Shown here piece by piece: positions 26,760 to 39,879 of a stretch of DNA of 64,000 bases. The position numbers were made by a program, and so were the translations under genes. Location: positions 14,694,001-14,758,000 of the forward strand of contig CM114271.1 in the NCBI GenBank assembly GCA_050084515.1. The letters are read 5' to 3'. Below the pieces are notes generated by a model. It did no database searches. It saw only the letters and a program-made list of their open reading frames with translations, and was not told the DNA's origin. Each line of letters opens with the position of its first letter. Position 1 is the stretch's first letter. This stretch comes from Blasia pusilla. Taxonomy: Eukaryota.

Positions 26760-26764
<5 letters not shown>
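23300..26764 (+). mobile_element. APE-type non-LTR retrotransposon (LINE), degenerate
   Basis: APE motifs VFLGDFN (~23975), SIVDYI and GRSDH; RT fragments (VVGKLLCRILNNR, KKAYDTVWR, YTYLGI...WDAHI); C-terminal CALC-x8-H-x4-C at ~26338; the YADD region appears deleted; ends at a (TC)n tract. Confidence 0.88.

Positions 26765-26833
<69 letters not shown>
26765..26833 (+). repeat. (TC)n microsatellite at the LINE 3' end
   Basis: About 34 perfect TC units. Confidence 0.98.
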
Positions 26834-26836
<3 letters not shown>

Positions 26837-29296
26837 ATGCGGACAACGCTTTGGATTGGCTTTGGGCTAAGAAAAAGGCCTCACTCGGCCAGTAAAAGGT
26901 CCGTGATTTATTGACGGGTCACAGTGATTTATATCTTCCACTTACGGTTGGGGACTCAGACTGTACGAGCATGAGGAGTTCTTACGGTAGTTGCAAAAAT
27001 AGTTGCGTTGAGATCCATTTAACTAAGTTGTTTTTTGAACTTCAACTATCCTAACTACTTCCATTTGTCCCGCTTGGTCTTTGACTCGAACAAGAATGGC
27101 TTGCGATGAATAATTAGCAATGCATCAATGGGAGCTTTTCCCCAATTAAATTAGCCACAATTATGCACACAAATCTGTTGGTATGCCTCCAAATGAAATT
27201 TTGGTGGATTTCCTCGTTGTGGTGCTTGCTGCTAAGACAACCAAAGTGAATCAAGGAGAAATTGTGATTTGAAGGGTCTAGGAACATCATCTTGTTTATC
27301 CACAATATTGTGTGGCACCTCCCTACCTACGGACTTATTTCTGGTTCCTTCCGTGTTCATTTTTTCATACTAGTCTTTCAGGCGTAGGACGAGTGTGGAC
27401 TTAATGATTAAGAGTGGTGTGTCCCTAGGACCTATTTCCAAAACTTATGTGAAATTGAGATATGATTAGAAATATTTTTGTTAGCACGTGGTATGGCTGG
27501 CTACTCACTGTAGTATGATTTTTTGCAAAATATATGAGACACTCTATCCTGAACATCAGTAGCGTGCGGGTCTTGGAGAAACTTTTCTCCAAGACCAGCA
27601 GACTCTCTTAGGGATTAGTCGTCTAACGGTGATAGCTATGAGGAAATCGATTTGAAAATGTCGTAGATCAAGAAGTTGTGCATGATGTTAAAGAAACAAT
27701 GCAAAAATTGGGCATTTAAGCACGAAGTTGTGACCGTTTCGATGGGGCTTCCAAAGCCAACTGGTGAAGAAAGGAGCAATTTCAAAGTTGTCATATGAAA
27801 TTCATCCTCTAAGGAAAAGTTCAAAACAAGTCTAGGCTATCCGAAAACTCTCGAAGACCATGTGTTTGAATCAGATGTGATTTTATTCACATCGAACATG
27901 TATTTGATTAGTACTTAAAGAATAATATTATAAAGTAATAAACACTCGAAATCTTACCTACGAGCCCGTAGAATCTGCATTCTTTGTAATGCCAATTGGT
28001 AAAATTTAAGAATTTCGGATTCGACCAACAAAATTTTGGAAAAAATTCAACCCAAAAGATTCAATTTCTTTGTAAAACATTGAAAATAACCAGCAAGTAT
28101 TTGGAAATTTCCAAGTGTCCAAAAAAACCAATGAGCTTGGAAAAATCTATGCGCTTCTTGAACCTTGATAGCTTTAGAGTTGGAAATAAATCACCCTCAC
28201 TCTGATTTGGAGAGAGTTGTCAAAGGAAGTTAGTGAAAGAAGTGGAGGAAACTATATCAGCCTAAGCAGTGGCCTTAAAGAATGATTCCATCTAGGCCTC
28301 ATTCAACATTATTGCTCAGGACTTGATCCCATGCGTGCCAGTTTTGGAAACAATATAAGGTTGCTAATTTTTCTATGCCCAAAACTTTTGGGCACAGAAT
28401 TGGCCCAACATTTTCATGACCCTAATTTAACGAAAAAGTGAAAGTAATTAGTTGAGACCAGTTCTTTTTGCTGAATAGACCATGCCCTATCAATTATATG
28501 TAATATTATTAAAATTAGGATAAAAAAGACCCACTTTACAATAGGAAGTGATGGAAGTTAATTTAAACCAGTATCGGAGATATCCATCTTGATTGTAAGC
28601 ACTTGAGATGTCAAAAATTTGTTTTACCAACATAGGTTGCCACCCATCCCCACATATCAACTGGAGGGTTTGTACTTGTAATGATGATTTCCAATTCAAA
28701 TTTCTAATTAATCACAAGGCACATAATTTTATCATTATCACGTAAAGCGCGTGCCCATGGAATCAACTCCTAAGGGGTTGGTCCCATGGACACGCGTAGT
28801 GGTCGCGCCAACCTATTTTCTGAACCCAAAGTGATTATCCAACAATTTATGGAGGGGAAAAATTGGTCTTTGCTTATTACTTTTGGTCCTTCATTAAATA
28901 AGGTCGCCAATATGTTGGCGACATTAAATCATATATCCTAAATCCCAAACACATGGGATCTCATGCGTGCAGGGTCTGGGTGGACATGGAAGGTCACCAA
29001 TTGTTTTGCGTCTAAAAGTCTTGGGTGCATAATTGGCCCAATGTCATGATGACTTTATTTAACGGAGGACCAAAAGTAAATAGGAGAAAATTAGGTTGCT
29101 ACAATCTCCGTGCGTGTCCATGAGAGGTCCGGTGTCTTGGCAACCCCTAGTGATACATATCTAGTGGTTATTACGTAAATATGACGTATTTTCTTGGTTT
29201 TTCCGTCGAAACATAATTTGATCAGGCCTTTAGTCTCCAAAATATAAATCACTAATATAATCCTTGTGCTATGCACGGGTGAAAGGGCACGTCATC

Positions 29297-29664
29297 TGTC
29301 ATGACCATATGGATTATGTCATAGAGTATAGTGTGCTAGTAGAGGCCAGACCTTATGTAGGGCCCTAGTGGCTAGGTAGAGATACGGTTTCATACATAGG
29401 GTTGGGGGTTACTCAATTGAGGGTGACTTTTCCCATAGGGCCTGCTCTTAGGTTGGAGGATATAGTGTGGAGTGCACTAAAAGAATAGTTAGTTCTTTGA
29501 GTTGAGCGTGTTGCGTTGGGAGTTAGCCTTGGTAGTGAGTAGAGCTCTTGGCTATCGTGGTTCCCGCAAGCTTCGACCTGGATTCTCCCATTGTGGAGTG
29601 GGTTTGGCTCGATTGTATGTGATTCTATATGTGTTTAATGATAGTAGTTCTTTCACGGATTTCA
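29297..29664 (+). repeat. Terminal repeat segment B (368 bp) of the DNMT/PHD gypsy family
   Basis: TG...CA ends; highly similar to 55077-55435 and to the reverse complement of 57191-57558; followed by ctcaaagaacta and ~1.4 kb of unassigned sequence (putative leader). Confidence 0.9.
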
Positions 29665-30916
29665 CTCAAAGAACTAGAGTAGATCGATGGTAGCTTCGAT
29701 TGTGGATCAGTAGGATCTCGTTAGCTCTGATTGTGTACTCAGCCGTGGATGTTTGTGGCTTGTGGATTATGTTGGAAGTGGAAATCTGGTACGTGGTTGG
29801 TTGGGAAAGAAGCATCTTGCTGAGAGCTTTCCAACGCGCTTTAGATCGCCGGATTTCGTCAAGGGAGTCGGAAGTTATCAAGGATTGAAGATTCTGGTTC
29901 GTGTTTGACGGTTTTCTGATGTGGAGAGCTTGGAGTGCGGAAGCTCTGTTGAAGTTCATCCAGATTGGGTGAGAGGTTCATGTTGCTACTTGTATTGTGA
30001 TCTCATGTGAAGCTATCTTCTTGAGTGTGTGGAGCGTTGCGGATATTTGCTTGCATGAATATGGGCGGAAGCGCTGTCGGATTTGCGATTCTGGAGGTGT
30101 ATGGACAACAAGTTTGTCTGATTTTTAGCTCGGAGTACAGAGCTTGGTTATAGCTTATTTTTTGTGGAGAGATAGCTATGGTGGTCAATTGAATTGTGGT
30201 TGAAACAAATTCAATTTTGGTTGAAGATTTGTGGAGTAATTTTTGATCAAAATTTTGCGGACTAGCTCAAGGTCTGGCTATGGTGGACAATAGATCGGAG
30301 GGGCTGGTTGGTTGGTGATTCGTATGTTGTTGGAGACGCCTATCCCATTGGGGGCGCCCTGGTTGAGCCTCTCTCGATAGCGAAGCATGGCAAAGCGTGG
30401 CATGTCTCGAGCATTTTGAGGCTTCAAGGCAACTCGTGGTAGCTCGGGGTGAGTGGGCGTAAGAGGCGGAGTAAGGAGCAAGGAGCAAGCAAGCAAGGGC
30501 GTGAGGTAGCTTTTGCAAGATTTGTGATTTGAGTGTTGCATAATTGGTCACCCATCTTTGGGCTATTCTGCCTAGAAGATGCTTAACTGCTAAGTTCTTA
30601 ACTATGCCAATGTACACACTCGTGTAGCTCATTTGGTGCTGTTCGGAGATCTGTTAGGCACTTTATGCATCTCAAGTTTTTGGTTGATGGACCTCTAGCG
30701 CATAGTACGGTATAGCCTCTCCATGCAGGTGATAATTTCAGGTGCTGCGAGTCTGACTAGCACGTCATCGACCCGCGATGGAGTAGCTATTGCGTTAGAA
30801 TTGTGTGGTGGGTTCTGTGGATTCAGGGGGCGCCACGTTTGGTGGATTGTGTTACCTTGCTTTCCATTTGCAATTGGAGGGTTGTCGTTGGACTTCTTGT
30901 GTTTGGATCCCCTCCA

Positions 30917-32612
30917 TCATTGCTTCTTGCTTGCGCGCCCATTGTTAGGGTTGACGCTGATTTCCATAGTAGTGTTACTCCTGTGTGCTACCGATATTGA
31001 GGCTGGTGTGATGACCAGTAGACCGTGGGAGGCTTCTTGTGGTGATGACAGGTTAGGTTGCCTACACCCATAGCTAGTAGAGCTAGAATAGTACAGCGAC
31101 ATCGACATCGACGTCACTTGGTTACTTAGTGGTGGTAATTTGGTGGTGGTGCGGCATCGGCGTTGGTCGAATTCCGATATCACCTTGCTCTCTTCGGCCA
31201 TCTGGTCCGCCATCACCTTCATCAATCCCAACCTTTGGACATAAAAGACCGGATCGTTTAAGTTTGGACCTAAAGGTCCCGCGGAAAGATTTTTGGTTGG
31301 AACATCTTCATGTCTGGGACTCGGCACTTCGGGAGTCGCAAATTCCACCTTTGGCTCTCCGTCCGTCATTGATTCGTCTCTCTGCTTCTTTGCTTTGACT
31401 CGCGGTTTCCTTGGTTCTTCGCCTTTGGTCGCCATTGCGAGTCATCGCTTTCTCAGATCTCCTCCTCGCCTCTTGCGTTCCTCCTCGGCGTCGCGGTCTT
31501 CCGTCTACCTTGAGTTCCCCCAAACGTCCAGATCTTCAACGATCCCAAGTTCACGCTCATCAAGGACAAGCTCTGATACAACGTATCATGCGCCTACTCT
31601 CCTTGAACGTTAATCTTGTTTGTTGCGGAAGCGTGCGTTCAGTAGGTCACGCTCTCAACGCTGATCTACATCCAAACACACACTTCGGTTAGTCGGGTCT
31701 TGGATCAATCAGCGGGATTACTTTCCGAGTTCTCGTCTCGGGCTGTCATCAAGCTGCCCCTTCCTAGTTTCGCGGTTTACAACACGGGAAAATCTCGAAA
31801 GACTTGGGACAGACTTTCTGGTCGGTTCAGGAACCTGAAACGGCGTTTCGCGCCTAGCGATTCCAACAGTTCGATGGAAATCCAATGAGTTCCTCACCAA
31901 GACTCGCACAAAGTGAATCTCAGGTTGGGATCCAAGTGTGGCGTACAAAGTCCACTCCCTTGGATCAGGTTTGGGTTTCAGGTTTCCGCGCCAAACTCCC
32001 GTTCATCCCGTGCCTCTGAAACGCCGTTTGGCGCCCAAAGTGGGGATTCGTTTCCCCAGACATCTCGGAGAAGGTTCTCCCTTACTAGTACTTCTGGGGA
32101 TCTCTAGGGGCCCCCTACATTTAGGGAAAGACACCCGGGCCTCTCCAATTGGGCCTCAACCCGATTGCTCTCTCAATTGTTTTCGGCCAATATCTCAGCT
32201 TGTACTTATGAGTTTGCTAAGATCTTTGTGCGTTGGAAGCGTCTCAAGATCAACTTTCCAACGCGCCCTTACTTGTCTCGAACGCATCTTTGAGCTCAAC
32301 GTTATGGTCCTAAACAAAGTTAGATTCTCCCAAACGCTAGTCGTGTTCCAAACTGGTTCTCACCTCTTTGGCAACCAACCTCCCAAGACTCAACTCATCT
32401 CAAGTCTTGGCTCGAGTTTGGTATAGGTTTCCTGGTCGCGACCACTAACGCGTGAAACGCACAACTCTGTTCCGCGTTTCGTCTCTTAGACTTTTCCAAG
32501 AGACTCTTCCAAACGCCTCTCCAAAGCGCAAACCTTGCAGCGTGAGTTCCTTTGAGTTCTAATGTTTCGCTTGGCGCCTATTTGGTGTTGTTTGGTTATG
32601 AGGGTTGCAACA
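30917..32612 (-). mobile_element. LTR retrotransposon 5' fragment (likely gypsy): LTR, Met-PBS and start of gag
   Basis: ~1 kb LTR-like segment at 31584-32612 ending gggttgcaaca; PBS-like gctctgatacaa at 31570-31581; basic gag-like ORF 30917-31435; abuts Copia-3 RT exactly after IYGLK. Confidence 0.6.
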
Positions 32613-35600
32613 GCTTTAGTCCATAGATACATTTTAGAAGACGGCATACTTTACCCTTAGTTTGAAAACCGGGAGGTGGTTTCATGTAGATCTCCTCCTC
32701 TAAGTCTCCATTGAGGAAAGCCGTTTTTACATCAATGAGCTTGACTTCCCAACCATGATAGGCGGCCAATGCTTATGAAATTTTGATGGAGACAAACTTG
32801 GAAATTGGTGTGAATGTCTCCTTGAAGTCAAGTCCTTCAACTTGACTGAAGCCTTGCGCCACAAGTCTAGCTTTGTACTTGAGAACTTGATTATCTTGAC
32901 CTGTCTTAGTTTTATACACCCACTTACTTCCAATAACCTTCCTGTCTAGGGGCAGATCGGCCATTTTCCAAGTCTGATTTGACTCATGAGACTTGAGCTC
33001 TTCATTCATAGCTTTCTCCCATTCCTCCCAATCAACACTCTCTTGTGCCTCTTTTAAAGATGTAGGGTCAGATTCATGAATATCTGTACCAGAACATATG
33101 ACGACATTGAATTGAGAGCAGAAATCCATGAGTTGTTGTTGCTGACTTTGTGTGTTTGGATCAAGAATTCTTGATCAAATCCAAATCTCACACGCTTCTT
33201 GGTTGTCCTGTTGGACCTTCGAGCTGATTCTGGCTCCTCAACAGTATTGTCTCAGGAGTAGTAACCAGATTGGCAACTGACTCCTCAAACATAGAAGTTG
33301 GAACTTGATTTTCATTGAAAATGACATCCCTGCTCTTGATAATCTTCTTGGTGGTAAGGTTACACATTCGATATCCCTTGCAATCTGGCTGAAGGCCAAG
33401 ATGTATGCACTTCAAAGATCTAGGATCCAGTTTCTTTCTCTGCTCCTTAGGGATAAGAACAAAAGCTTCAACACCAAACACCCGAATCATAGACACATTA
33501 GGTTGTGTTCTTGACCATGCCTCTTCAGGGGTTTTGCCTGCAAGAGCTCTGGTAGGACTAAGATTACGCAGGATATTTGCATACCTGGTTGCCTCAAACC
33601 AATATCCTTTGCTTAACTTGGAGTCACCAAGCATGCAATTGGTCTTGGTGACCAACGTACGATTTAATCTCTCTGCAACTCTGTTCTGTTGAGGACTATC
33701 CCTTGCTGAAGATTGAAGTGTAATCCCTTTTTCAACAAGATACCTGTCAAACTCTTGGTTGAAGAATTCTCCACCTCCGTCAGATCTGAAGGTTTTGACT
33801 TTCTTCCCAGTTTGAGTTTCTGCCCAATCTGCAAATGCTTTGAACTTCTGTAGAACATCTCTCTTCAGTTACAGAGGAAACACAAAAGATTTCCTTGTAC
33901 AATCGTTGGCGAAAGAGACATAGTATAAGGCATCTCCAAGGGACTTCATCTCGAAAGGACCACATACGTCACTATGGATTAGGCCAAGCCTGGGCTCAAA
34001 CCTGGACTTCGTTGTTGCAGGAAAACTTCTCTTGCTGTGTTTTCCCTTAATGCAGAATTCACAGAAGAATTCAGAAGGAACAGTGAACTTTGTACTTGTG
34101 GTAACTTGTTGAAGTTGCCTCATACCTTCCGCACTTAGATGCCCCAACCTTCGATGCCAAAGTAGGAAAGTTGACTCAATTTGGGCAAGGTTTGCCTTGA
34201 CCTTCATGGTACAAGTTCCATCTAGATGGTAAAGAGATCCACATGGGGACAAGCGAGAATAAGCCACCACTTGACCTTTCTGGTTGAGGAAAGAATACAC
34301 CTCGTTTTCATCAAGTCTAACGTTGATGCCATCATTTTTCAGTTGCGTAGTAGCAATCAAATTGTGGAAATTCTCATGATATAAGACATATGTTAGTTTG
34401 ATAACATTGATGTGAGTCCCAACTTTCGTGTAGATGGTAGCACTCCCACTCATTAATATGCTACAGAGAACTCCATTGGCAATAGAGATAGTGAATGGAG
34501 TTATACTATGTATCTCATCAAGCATTCGTGCCTCTCCACACATGTGTCTGGACGAACCACCGTCAATAATCCATATATCCGATGCCTTTTGGATAGAAGA
34601 TATGGGCAGCATGTTGGATTCTAAAGAATCACTCTCATTTAGAGTCGTGATAGTATTGACTGATGGGTGTGCATGGCCTTTTCCCTTTAACTTTCGCTTC
34701 TTGATCTCTTCCTTCCTCTCTGCCTTAAACTTGATTATCTTAAAACAATCAAAAAAATTTATTTGCCCGGTCTTTTCACAAAATGTGCAGATGAGGTGAG
34801 ATAGAACCTTCTTCTTCTTCTTCACCTTCTCCTTCTCCTTCTCCTTACATCTGATGTGAAGTTGATTTGATCAGATTCAAACTCACATAGACGCTGGTTA
34901 GTGTTCTCCTCGCGTTGGATCACACCAATGGCATACTCCATGGTTAAAGTAGAAGATGCTCTCTCAGATATCATGTTTAATACAAAAGCATACTTCCTAC
35001 CAAGGGTCACACAAAGAGCACTTACTTTTTGATTTTCATCCATAAGTAAGCCTCGAGAAATAAGGGCATCAAGATAAATATTTACTAGAGCAATATGATC
35101 AGAGATGGGGGTCTCACCATTATGCCTAAGGTTTCCTAGCTTTTGCCAATTTCTAAGTAAGTTAGTACTGGAAGTTGTAGCATAAACTTTCTTCAAAGCC
35201 TCCCACATCTCATAAGCTTTATCATACGATCGAGACCTTTCTTTACATGGTTTCGATATGTTGGAAACCATGTATCTAATGGCCACATTGTTATATCTAT
35301 TCCAATCCTTCATTGTCATCTCAGATGGAGTCGGGATGTCTACGATCAGATTCAGTAGGCATTTTCCAGCCAATAGAATTTTGACGTCGTAAGAAAATGA
35401 TTGACCAGCAGAAATATATCCTTGTACAAAGTCAGAGCTAGCATCAACTAGACCATCCATGATTTCAGCTTGTACACAATCAACAAATCAGTTCCTATCT
35501 CTATTGTTAAATTAGAGCCCTACCATGATGTGACTCTTCTTACTATCTAAGAGATACTAAGAAGGATTCTACACAGTCACACCTTGCACTCACACTACAG

Positions 35601-36072
35601 GTCCTCACATGTCACCATCTCAGAGATCAGACATGGCTCACCATTGAGCACAAACAATCTCCATCAGCATACTAGACAAAAGAACTTGCCTTCCAGTGAG
35701 GCTCTAGCAAGCACAGCAATTAGTCTCAATCTCCTCTTCCTACTCTCTAATCACTCTGCAGTAGGACCAAGAGCCTCAGGAGTCCTCACCAAAACTGTGC
35801 ATGCTGTAGAATTGGCTTCTGCTCTCTAAACAGAGACATTATATACATGAGGGTGAGCACTTCTGGCCCTTAGATGTTCTTGAACAGATCCATACCCTAA
35901 ATAACAGATGGTGGCTAGCCCTAACTCTAGAATTGCCCTAATTCAAGGTTATCCTAAAAAGATAGAGGAACATTAAGTTATCTCTAGCTAACTAAATTAG
36001 TATCCAACTAAGTTAGTATTTGACTAACTACTTTTAGGGCATGACTAAACTAGATATTAACAAATTTCAACA
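32613..36072 (-). mobile_element. Ty1/copia element (Copia-3), 3'-truncated
   Basis: Gag 34822-35460; WIIDGGSSRHM; WHRRLGH; IHSDVCGP; QQNRVAERLNR; RT start (WVYKTK...YKARLVAQG). Putative 5' LTR at ~35526-36072 with an adjacent tggta PBS. Confidence 0.9.
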
Positions 36073-36889
36073 GTGGAAACCATGGTTGCTAATTTTGCAA
36101 CTGTGTCAAAATAGGGAGAAAGAAATATTTTCCTTTGACAGAAATTCTTACTCCCTTATGATTTGTTGCACGTTGCTATTCTATGAAAAGAAATCGCGGG
36201 CCCATAACCTGTTGAAATCAGAATTCTACTTCCTCTTAGATCTACTTTTAAAACTTTTAAAAAGATGGAAAGATAGTAGATCCCGACAGGATCTTCCACT
36301 GAACCATGTACATGAGGGTAATCACTTACAAACCTGAAAAGAGCAAATCTGAAATGGATTGCATGTAAAATTGGTCTACAACTTCTACTGAGAACTAGGT
36401 GCTTGAAAAGCAACACCTTATTAGAATACACAAGTCCTGAAGAGAGGTGGTTGAAACCAAGATGCAGGAGTTTATGCTAGATTGGTACTTGGAGCATTCT
36501 CCACACCAATGCACATTCCTTCTTAGTTGATCAAGGCACCAACAAAGGTTCAGATATGTAGGAGCTAATCTCAAAATCCACAGCATTAGAGGGTAGGAGT
36601 AGAAGTGAATCAAAGAAGAAGGGAAGAGAGGGGGAGTTAAATAGTTTCCTACAAGAGACCAACAGAAGGGACCACTGCATGGTAAGGCAAGGTGGAAGGG
36701 CCAACACAACAGGGGTAGGCCATCACACCATGTGCACAATTAAACATAACCAAAACTCACAATAATAGTTAAAGAGGTAACTAGTAAACTAACTGAGACT
36801 TGTAACTATGATAAACTTCCAACCATAGTTTGCAGAACTAACCATAGTTAAAAAAACTGGAAGAAAATAACAGACAAATTTATGTGAAA

Positions 36890-38183
36890 TCCTAACATTT
36901 ACTGCAAAAATGGTACATTAGTTATTGTAGTTTATGCAGATCACCTCCTGTTGTTAGGAAAAAGTAAGAAAGCCATCCAGCAAGCAAAGGAAAATCTTTG
37001 CTCAGTCTTTGCTATGACTTTCATAGGTCCAGTGAAGTTCATTCTTGGAACCAAAGCTAAGAGGAACAGAGCTGAAGGATGGATTAGACTCAGTCAGACT
37101 CATTATATTGATGCAATGCTGACAAGGTATAGAATGGATGAGGGAAAGCCAGTTTCTACTCCACTGGAGCCTGGGTGGGAACTTGCCACAACAAGTGCAG
37201 ACAAACAGGAGAAGGAGAATGTTGAAAACCTTCAACACTTGTATCAGAGTGCTGTGGCTTCTCTGATGTTTGCCATGGTTTGCACAAGGCCAGATATCCC
37301 ATAAGTAGTGGGAGCACTGGCCAGGTACACATCTAAACCTACTCTCACACATTGGAGATGTGTAAAGAGAGTCTTACGGTACTTGAAAGGTACCAAGAAT
37401 GCATATCTCAAATACAGGAAACAAGGATGTTTTCCTACATTGACTGGCTTCACATATGCTAGTTGGGGGGATGATCCTGACAAATGAGCAAATAGTCCAA
37501 GTAGTATATTGTCCTACAGAGGATATAGCAGCTGATGTATTGACAAAGGCATTGTCAAGAGATAAGCACAACAAATGTGCTCAGAGGATGGGTCTTATAT
37601 TAAACTCAAGTTAAGTGGGAGTGTTGTAAAACATAGTAACTTGGAGTTTACTATAGTGAAAAGTAACTGATACAATTACTATAGAAATTTAGTGTTTTAC
37701 CATAGTAAATAGTAATTTGTTGCTACTGTAGATTCACCTCAGTAATTTTGATCATTAGTATGGGCGGCAGGCCCTAACCCTAAAACCTAGAAACTCATTC
37801 TCTTGGCTGTATATAACCCCTTGAGGGTGCCCTGCAAAATTACATTCTCTTACACCTTTTCCTACACAACTCTCTGAGCTGAGGAGCTGATTGAGCAGCA
37901 CTGGGTGTGCTTTGCTTACCTGAGTGGATTGTGCTTCTGACCTCAGTAGTTGAGTGTGCTTCTGCTTACAAACTAAGAGGTCTGCTGACCTGAGGGGTTC
38001 AGTGAGACTTGTGATGCAAGGTGTCTAGTAATACTAACTTGAGTGGTTGCTATTGAGATGTCTTCTGCTGCTCATCTGAGTGGTTGCTATTGCACTAACT
38101 GTGCTTGAGAATACTAGGTAGTCTGGTGGTACAGGTTGTCTAGTGCTTTTCTCTACACTTTGACCTGAGTGGTTGCTATTGCT
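36890..38183 (+). mobile_element. Ty1/copia 3' fragment (RT/RNase H and 3' LTR)
   Basis: LSQTHYIDAMLTRY, YQSAVASLMFAMVCTRPDI, AADVLTKAL; PPT aagtgggag then tgttg at ~37623; three tgagtggttgctattg repeats in the LTR. Confidence 0.85.
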
Positions 38184-38275
38184 CTAATTGTGCTTGTAAG
38201 AGCTAGGTTGTAGAGAAACTATGATATTCTCAAATAGGTAGTCACGATTTCTTACATGAAAATTCAAAAAGTTAC

Positions 38276-39879
38276 CTGAGTTTCTGGGATCTATACAAGA
38301 GCAGTCCGACAACTTGCCAGGAAGCATAGAAGACTTCAGAACGTTCTTATGCCTAACCAGCTCCCCAGCTTTTGTAGCAGCCTGAAGCAACAAACCAGTT
38401 TTTAGCCCAATTATGTATGCCAAGAACCAAGTTACAATCTTGTGCCAAGAACCAACTCACAATCTTTGTTGAAGGAAAGATTCTCAGTATTCATATCTTG
38501 AAAATTATTCAGACATGAAAATCAAGCTTGAGAGTGTCTTAACAACACTCCAAACACCTCTTACATTGAAGGCATGAATAGCTTTTGCAAGAATAGTTTC
38601 TCAGACATCAGGGTGGCACTCCAGATACTCGATCACAAGTTGTTGCACAGCCTGCTCAACCACACGCCGCACTTCTTGATTTCCCAGTCGTGTCTGAATC
38701 ACCACCAATAGTAAGAACCTTATCAGTTCAAAATAACTCAATCTCAAGAGTATAAAAGATCATGATATGACAATGTTGTGCCAGTACCAGAATGTAGATG
38801 ACAAACACCAATTGATTTAACATTTCCCTTAAATGGCCCCCAATTGAACCGCAATTTTTTTGCAATTTTTTGGATTCTATGGATAAATCAGAGAAGAAGT
38901 TATCACTGCGCATGTGAGGTATAAGCCCAACATATATATGTTGCAATCCGCTAATGATTTGGGCTTAACCAGCCTTATCTGCGGCGTACTTTGGTTTCTC
39001 CTGCAAACTCGGGATTCCGAACCTTCACCGCAACAACGCAAGTAAGGCCTTCTCTTGCATGATCTCCCATTAAATTTTCATCTTTCTCCTGCACATCCAA
39101 AGAAGGTCACTTACAGAGAATTTGCTTTCACACCCAAGCCAGCCACGGCCTCAATACCCCATAATAATTGATAGATCTCATGATAAGAGAATGGCCACTA
39201 AACTTTGTCAAGCAAGGAAAAACATGTGAAGGATAAGGATGGTGTAAACCGAAAAAGGTTGGAACTACAGAAAATCCATGCGTGGAATTACATGCACCCT
39301 AATTATTCATATTCTTCTCCAGAGTGTTGAGTCTACTGGAAAGAGCATTCACCACTGAGATTCCAACCCCATCCAATCCACCAGAAACAGAGTAACCACT
39401 GCTCTCACCGCCAAATTTACCTCCAGCATATAGAACCTGTGAATGTCATCAGTAATGAATTTCATGAACCCCACATCTTACATTGTCATGGATCAGGGTA
39501 TATCATAAAAAAACATGTTCCAAAAAAATACCTCCGGCCTCTTCACTGGCTATGCAACCTTTCTTAAGGTTAGGAGGTACATAGCACTCTCCAGGGCTTC
39601 CCTGAACTATTACTTATGCATTGTAGGAGGATCAACACTTGCACTTCCTCTTTCAGTATTTCTCAAAGAAGACTCAATAAGAGTTTTCTTAATACTTAGT
39701 ACTTATTAAGTAAATTGACATGAATCTACAAATATAACACTCTTGTCTGGATCGGCAGGGAAGTGAAAGGTAACCTACATATAATGCATCCTAGATTAAA
39801 ATAGAAAGATGTAAAAACTCACTATTAATACAGTTTCTACCGTAGATTTTCCAGTGGCTGGATGAATTCCACTTGGAAT
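38276..39879 (-). pseudogene. gyrB: DNA gyrase subunit B partial pseudogene with GT-AG introns
   Basis: Exons 39823-39879 (IPSGIHPATGKSTVETVLI), ~39300-39437 ([29 protein letters not shown]), 38990-39088 ([28 protein letters not shown]), 38565-38693 (TRLGNQEVR...HPDV*E) and 38276-38381 (LPGKLSDC). In-frame stop, internal deletion, no TOPRIM exons found. Confidence 0.9.

Noticed and set aside
29700-32430. Many short overlapping ORFs in the ORF track
   Set aside because: They lie in LTR or leader sequence or antisense to TE genes, with no recognisable domains
36150-36335. Two possible small exons on the minus strand (FVSDYPHVHGSVEDP; YGPAISFHRIATC)
   Set aside because: They do not match the expected GyrB TOPRIM sequence, and no product could be assigned
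38276-39879. gyrB as bacterial contamination or recent horizontal transfer
   Set aside because: It has GT-AG introns, and plants encode organellar gyrase in the nucleus
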